Below are positions 59,081-64,000 of a stretch of DNA of 64,000 nt, one piece after another. Within the stretch, counting starts at the first letter, position 1. Every line of letters starts with the position of its first letter. The notes under the pieces are model-generated. The model was not told the origin of the DNA, did no database searches, and worked only from the letters and a program-made list of their open reading frames with translations. The position numbers were made by a program, and so were the translations under genes. The DNA is taken from NCBI GenBank assembly GCA_963765575.1, contig CAVXWZ010000008.1:312418-376417 (forward strand), read 5' to 3'. This stretch comes from an uncultured cyanobacterium. GTDB taxonomy: Bacteria > Cyanobacteriota > Cyanobacteriia > PCC-6307 > Cyanobiaceae.

Positions 59081-59911
59081 GTGGTGGGCCACGTGGAGGT
59101 GATGACCTTCCTGGCAGTTGATGAGCTACCGCAGGCGGGGGTGGTGCAGACGGCCCGCAGCTGCCTGGAGCTGGCCGGTGGAGGGGGGGCCGTGGCGGCG
59201 GTGCAACTGGCACGGCTGAGCGGCGGCCGCGTGCAGTTTTTCACGGCCCTGGGGCGTGATGCGGCGGGCGAGGCGGCGGCGGTGGCGCTGGCCGAGCTGG
59301 GTCTGGATCTGCAGGTGGCCTGGCGGGATGCCCCCACGCGCCGGGGCCTCAGCCTCTGCGATGCCAGCGGCGAGCGCAGCATCGTGGTGATTGGCGAGCG
59401 GCTGGCGCCCCTGGCCAGTGATCCCCTCCCTTGGGATTCCCTGGCCGAATGCCACGGCGTCTTCGCTACCGCCGCTGATGCCGATGGCCTGCGGCTGGCC
59501 CGTGCCGCCGGCGTGCTCACCGCCACGCCGCGGCTGCGGCTGCCGGTGCTGCGGCAGGCGGGCGTGGCCCTCGACGCCCTGATCGGCAGCGCCCTGGATC
59601 CGGCCGAACAGGTGCCGGCCGGTGCCCTGGAGCCGCCGCCGGCCCTGCAGATCGCCACCGCCGGGGCAGCCGGAGGCCAAGCCGAACCCCTGGGGGCCTT
59701 CGCGGCACCACTCCGCAACGGGCCATTGGTGGACAGTTACGGCGCCGGCGACAACTTTGCGGCGGCGGTCACCGCCGCCCTGGCCGCCGGCTGGAGCGCC
59801 CACCAGGCGATCAGCCTGGGCTGCCACTGCGGCAGCGCCTGCCTCGATGGCCTGGGGCCCTACGCCAGCCAGCTGAGGGTCCAGGGTGGGCGGTGGATGC
59901 AGCCGCGATGA
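59081..59911 (+). CDS. PfkB family carbohydrate kinase (true start probably upstream)
   Basis: AGGGGAVAA, GERSIVV and DSYGAGDNFAA. Confidence 0.87.
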   Translation: MVGHVEVMTFLAVDELPQAGVVQTARSCLELAGGGGAVAAVQLARLSGGRVQFFTALGRDAAGEAAAVALAELGLDLQVAWRDAPTRRGLSLCDASGERSIVVIGERLAPLASDPLPWDSLAECHGVFATAADADGLRLARAAGVLTATPRLRLPVLRQAGVALDALIGSALDPAEQVPAGALEPPPALQIATAGAAGGQAEPLGAFAAPLRNGPLVDSYGAGDNFAAAVTAALAAGWSAHQAISLGCHCGSACLDGLGPYASQLRVQGGRWMQPR

Positions 59912-61113
59912 CAAGCACAGCCCTGCTGAGCGCCACGCTGGTGTTTGTGGGCGCCGCGGCGGCCCTGGGGCTGACGATCCTGGTGGCCGGACTGGCCTGG
60001 GTGTTCACAAAGGCACCGCAGCTCGCCGAGGCGGACGGTGTGGCCCCATCCACCACACTCACGGTGGTGGTGCCCGCTTACAACGAGGCCGCCAACATCG
60101 CCGCCTGCCTCACGAGCCTGCTGACCAGCGATCCCCCCTGCACCGGCTGGAGAGTGCTGCTGGTGGACGATGACTCGAGCGATGCCACCGTGGCCAACGC
60201 CCGCCAGGCGGCCGCGGAGGTGGGCGCCGACGCCGAGGGTTTCGGCGTGCTCGCCGCCGGGTCGCGGCCCACGGGCGAACGCTGGGTGGGCAAGAACTGG
60301 GCCTGCTGCAGAGCGATGGAGCAGGTTGACAGCGACTGGGTGGTGTTTGTGGATGCCGATGTGCGCCTGCAGCCCGCAACGTTGCGGCGGGCCCTGGTCC
60401 AGGCGTTAGCGGAGGGAGCCGATCTGCTCAGCCTGGCGCCGCGGCTCAGCTGCGGCTGCCTGGCTGAGTGGATGGTGCAGCCCATCATGCTCAGCCTGCT
60501 GGGACTGGGCTTCCCGATCCGCTCCAGCAACGATCCCGCCAGCGACACCGCCTTTGCGGCCGGGCCGTTCATGCTCTTCCGCCGCTCGGCCTACGAGACC
60601 ATCGGCGGTCACCGGGCCCTGGCGGGGGAGGTGGTGGAGGACGTGGCGCTGGCGCGGCGGATCAAGGCGTCCGGTCTGCGGCTGCGCTTTCTGCTCGGGC
60701 TGGACGCGGCCGAGCTGCACATGTATGCCGACTTCGCGGCCCTGTGGGAGGGCTGGAGCAAGAACTGGCTCCTGGGCCTCACCGGCAGCGTGCCCAAGGC
60801 CCTCGGCGCCGCGGCGGCGGTGGTGCTGATGTTCAGCGCGCCGTGGCTGCTGGCGCCGTCTGCGGCGATCGCGGCGGTGCTGCTGCCGGACCAACGCCCC
60901 TGGCTGGTGCTGGCCCTGGCGTTGGCGGGGCTGGGCATCGTGCTGCAGCTGGTGTTGCGGCTGTGGCTGCAGTGGCGTTTCGAGCTGCCTCTGAGGCACT
61001 GGTGGCTGATGGGCGCCGGCGGGCTGGTGGTGGGCGCGATCGGTCCCACCTCGGTGTGGCGCACCCGCACCGGCCGTGGGTGGACCTGGAAGGGGCGCTC
61101 CCTCTCCGGTTGA
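59908..61113 (+). CDS. Family 2 glycosyltransferase, membrane-bound (carotenoid/hopanoid glycosyltransferase-like)
   Basis: VPAYNE, DDDSSD, WVGKNWAC, DAD, VVEDV and GWSKN. C-terminal TMs and WKGR. Confidence 0.85.
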   Translation: MTSTALLSATLVFVGAAAALGLTILVAGLAWVFTKAPQLAEADGVAPSTTLTVVVPAYNEAANIAACLTSLLTSDPPCTGWRVLLVDDDSSDATVANARQAAAEVGADAEGFGVLAAGSRPTGERWVGKNWACCRAMEQVDSDWVVFVDADVRLQPATLRRALVQALAEGADLLSLAPRLSCGCLAEWMVQPIMLSLLGLGFPIRSSNDPASDTAFAAGPFMLFRRSAYETIGGHRALAGEVVEDVALARRIKASGLRLRFLLGLDAAELHMYADFAALWEGWSKNWLLGLTGSVPKALGAAAAVVLMFSAPWLLAPSAAIAAVLLPDQRPWLVLALALAGLGIVLQLVLRLWLQWRFELPLRHWWLMGAGGLVVGAIGPTSVWRTRTGRGWTWKGRSLSG

Positions 61114-61203
61114 GACCAGGGGAGCGTCGCCTGGTGCGAACAGCTACCGGGCAGGGCGAGCGGATCCCCATAGGGTCTGGACGTCCCGGGACCGTGCCGG
61201 CCC

Positions 61204-62615
<1,412 letters not shown>

Positions 62616-62665
62616 GCGGACGATCTGACGGAGCTGATCGCGGTTCGTGGGTGTGGCTGGGCATC

Positions 62666-64000
<1,335 letters not shown>

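Overview
This is a high-GC picocyanobacterial chromosome segment (Cyanobium/Synechococcus-like), judged from apcD, pcxA, psb32 and a CCB-family gene. It is mostly housekeeping genes: purQ 3' end, trmL, cobU, metG, rnb, rpsR, rpmG, pheT, rlmD, sigF, gpsA, metH, ilvE, cobN, hemJ and sbcCD. An oxidative/iron/sulfur-stress cluster lies between a 2-Cys peroxiredoxin and tRNA-Met (about 0.3-9.9 kb). It holds a Cys-rich Crp regulator with Fur-like boxes, ferritin, a type II peroxiredoxin, an exported MnSOD, and a persulfide dioxygenase-rhodanese/YgaP/TauE/OsmC-like run. The most unusual element is a ~1.1 kb apparently non-coding tract (26774-27905). It contains about 17 YGRGAC half-sites, three regularly spaced GTCYCR-N2-YGRGAC dyads, a perfect 11-7-11 inverted repeat and several hairpins. 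It sits directly downstream of a gene for a ribbon-helix-helix + J-domain fusion protein, making this a candidate chaperone-coupled DNA-site/binding-protein system. Also notable are a double gamma-glutamylcyclotransferase fusion next to an IPNS-like oxygenase and a giant CPBP protease, and two tandem near-identical NDH-2 genes at the right end. Single-base frameshifts in conserved genes (trmL, gpsA, metH, PHP, CPBP, both NDH-2 copies) most likely reflect uncorrected sequencing error. All family calls are from motif recognition by eye; no database search was run.
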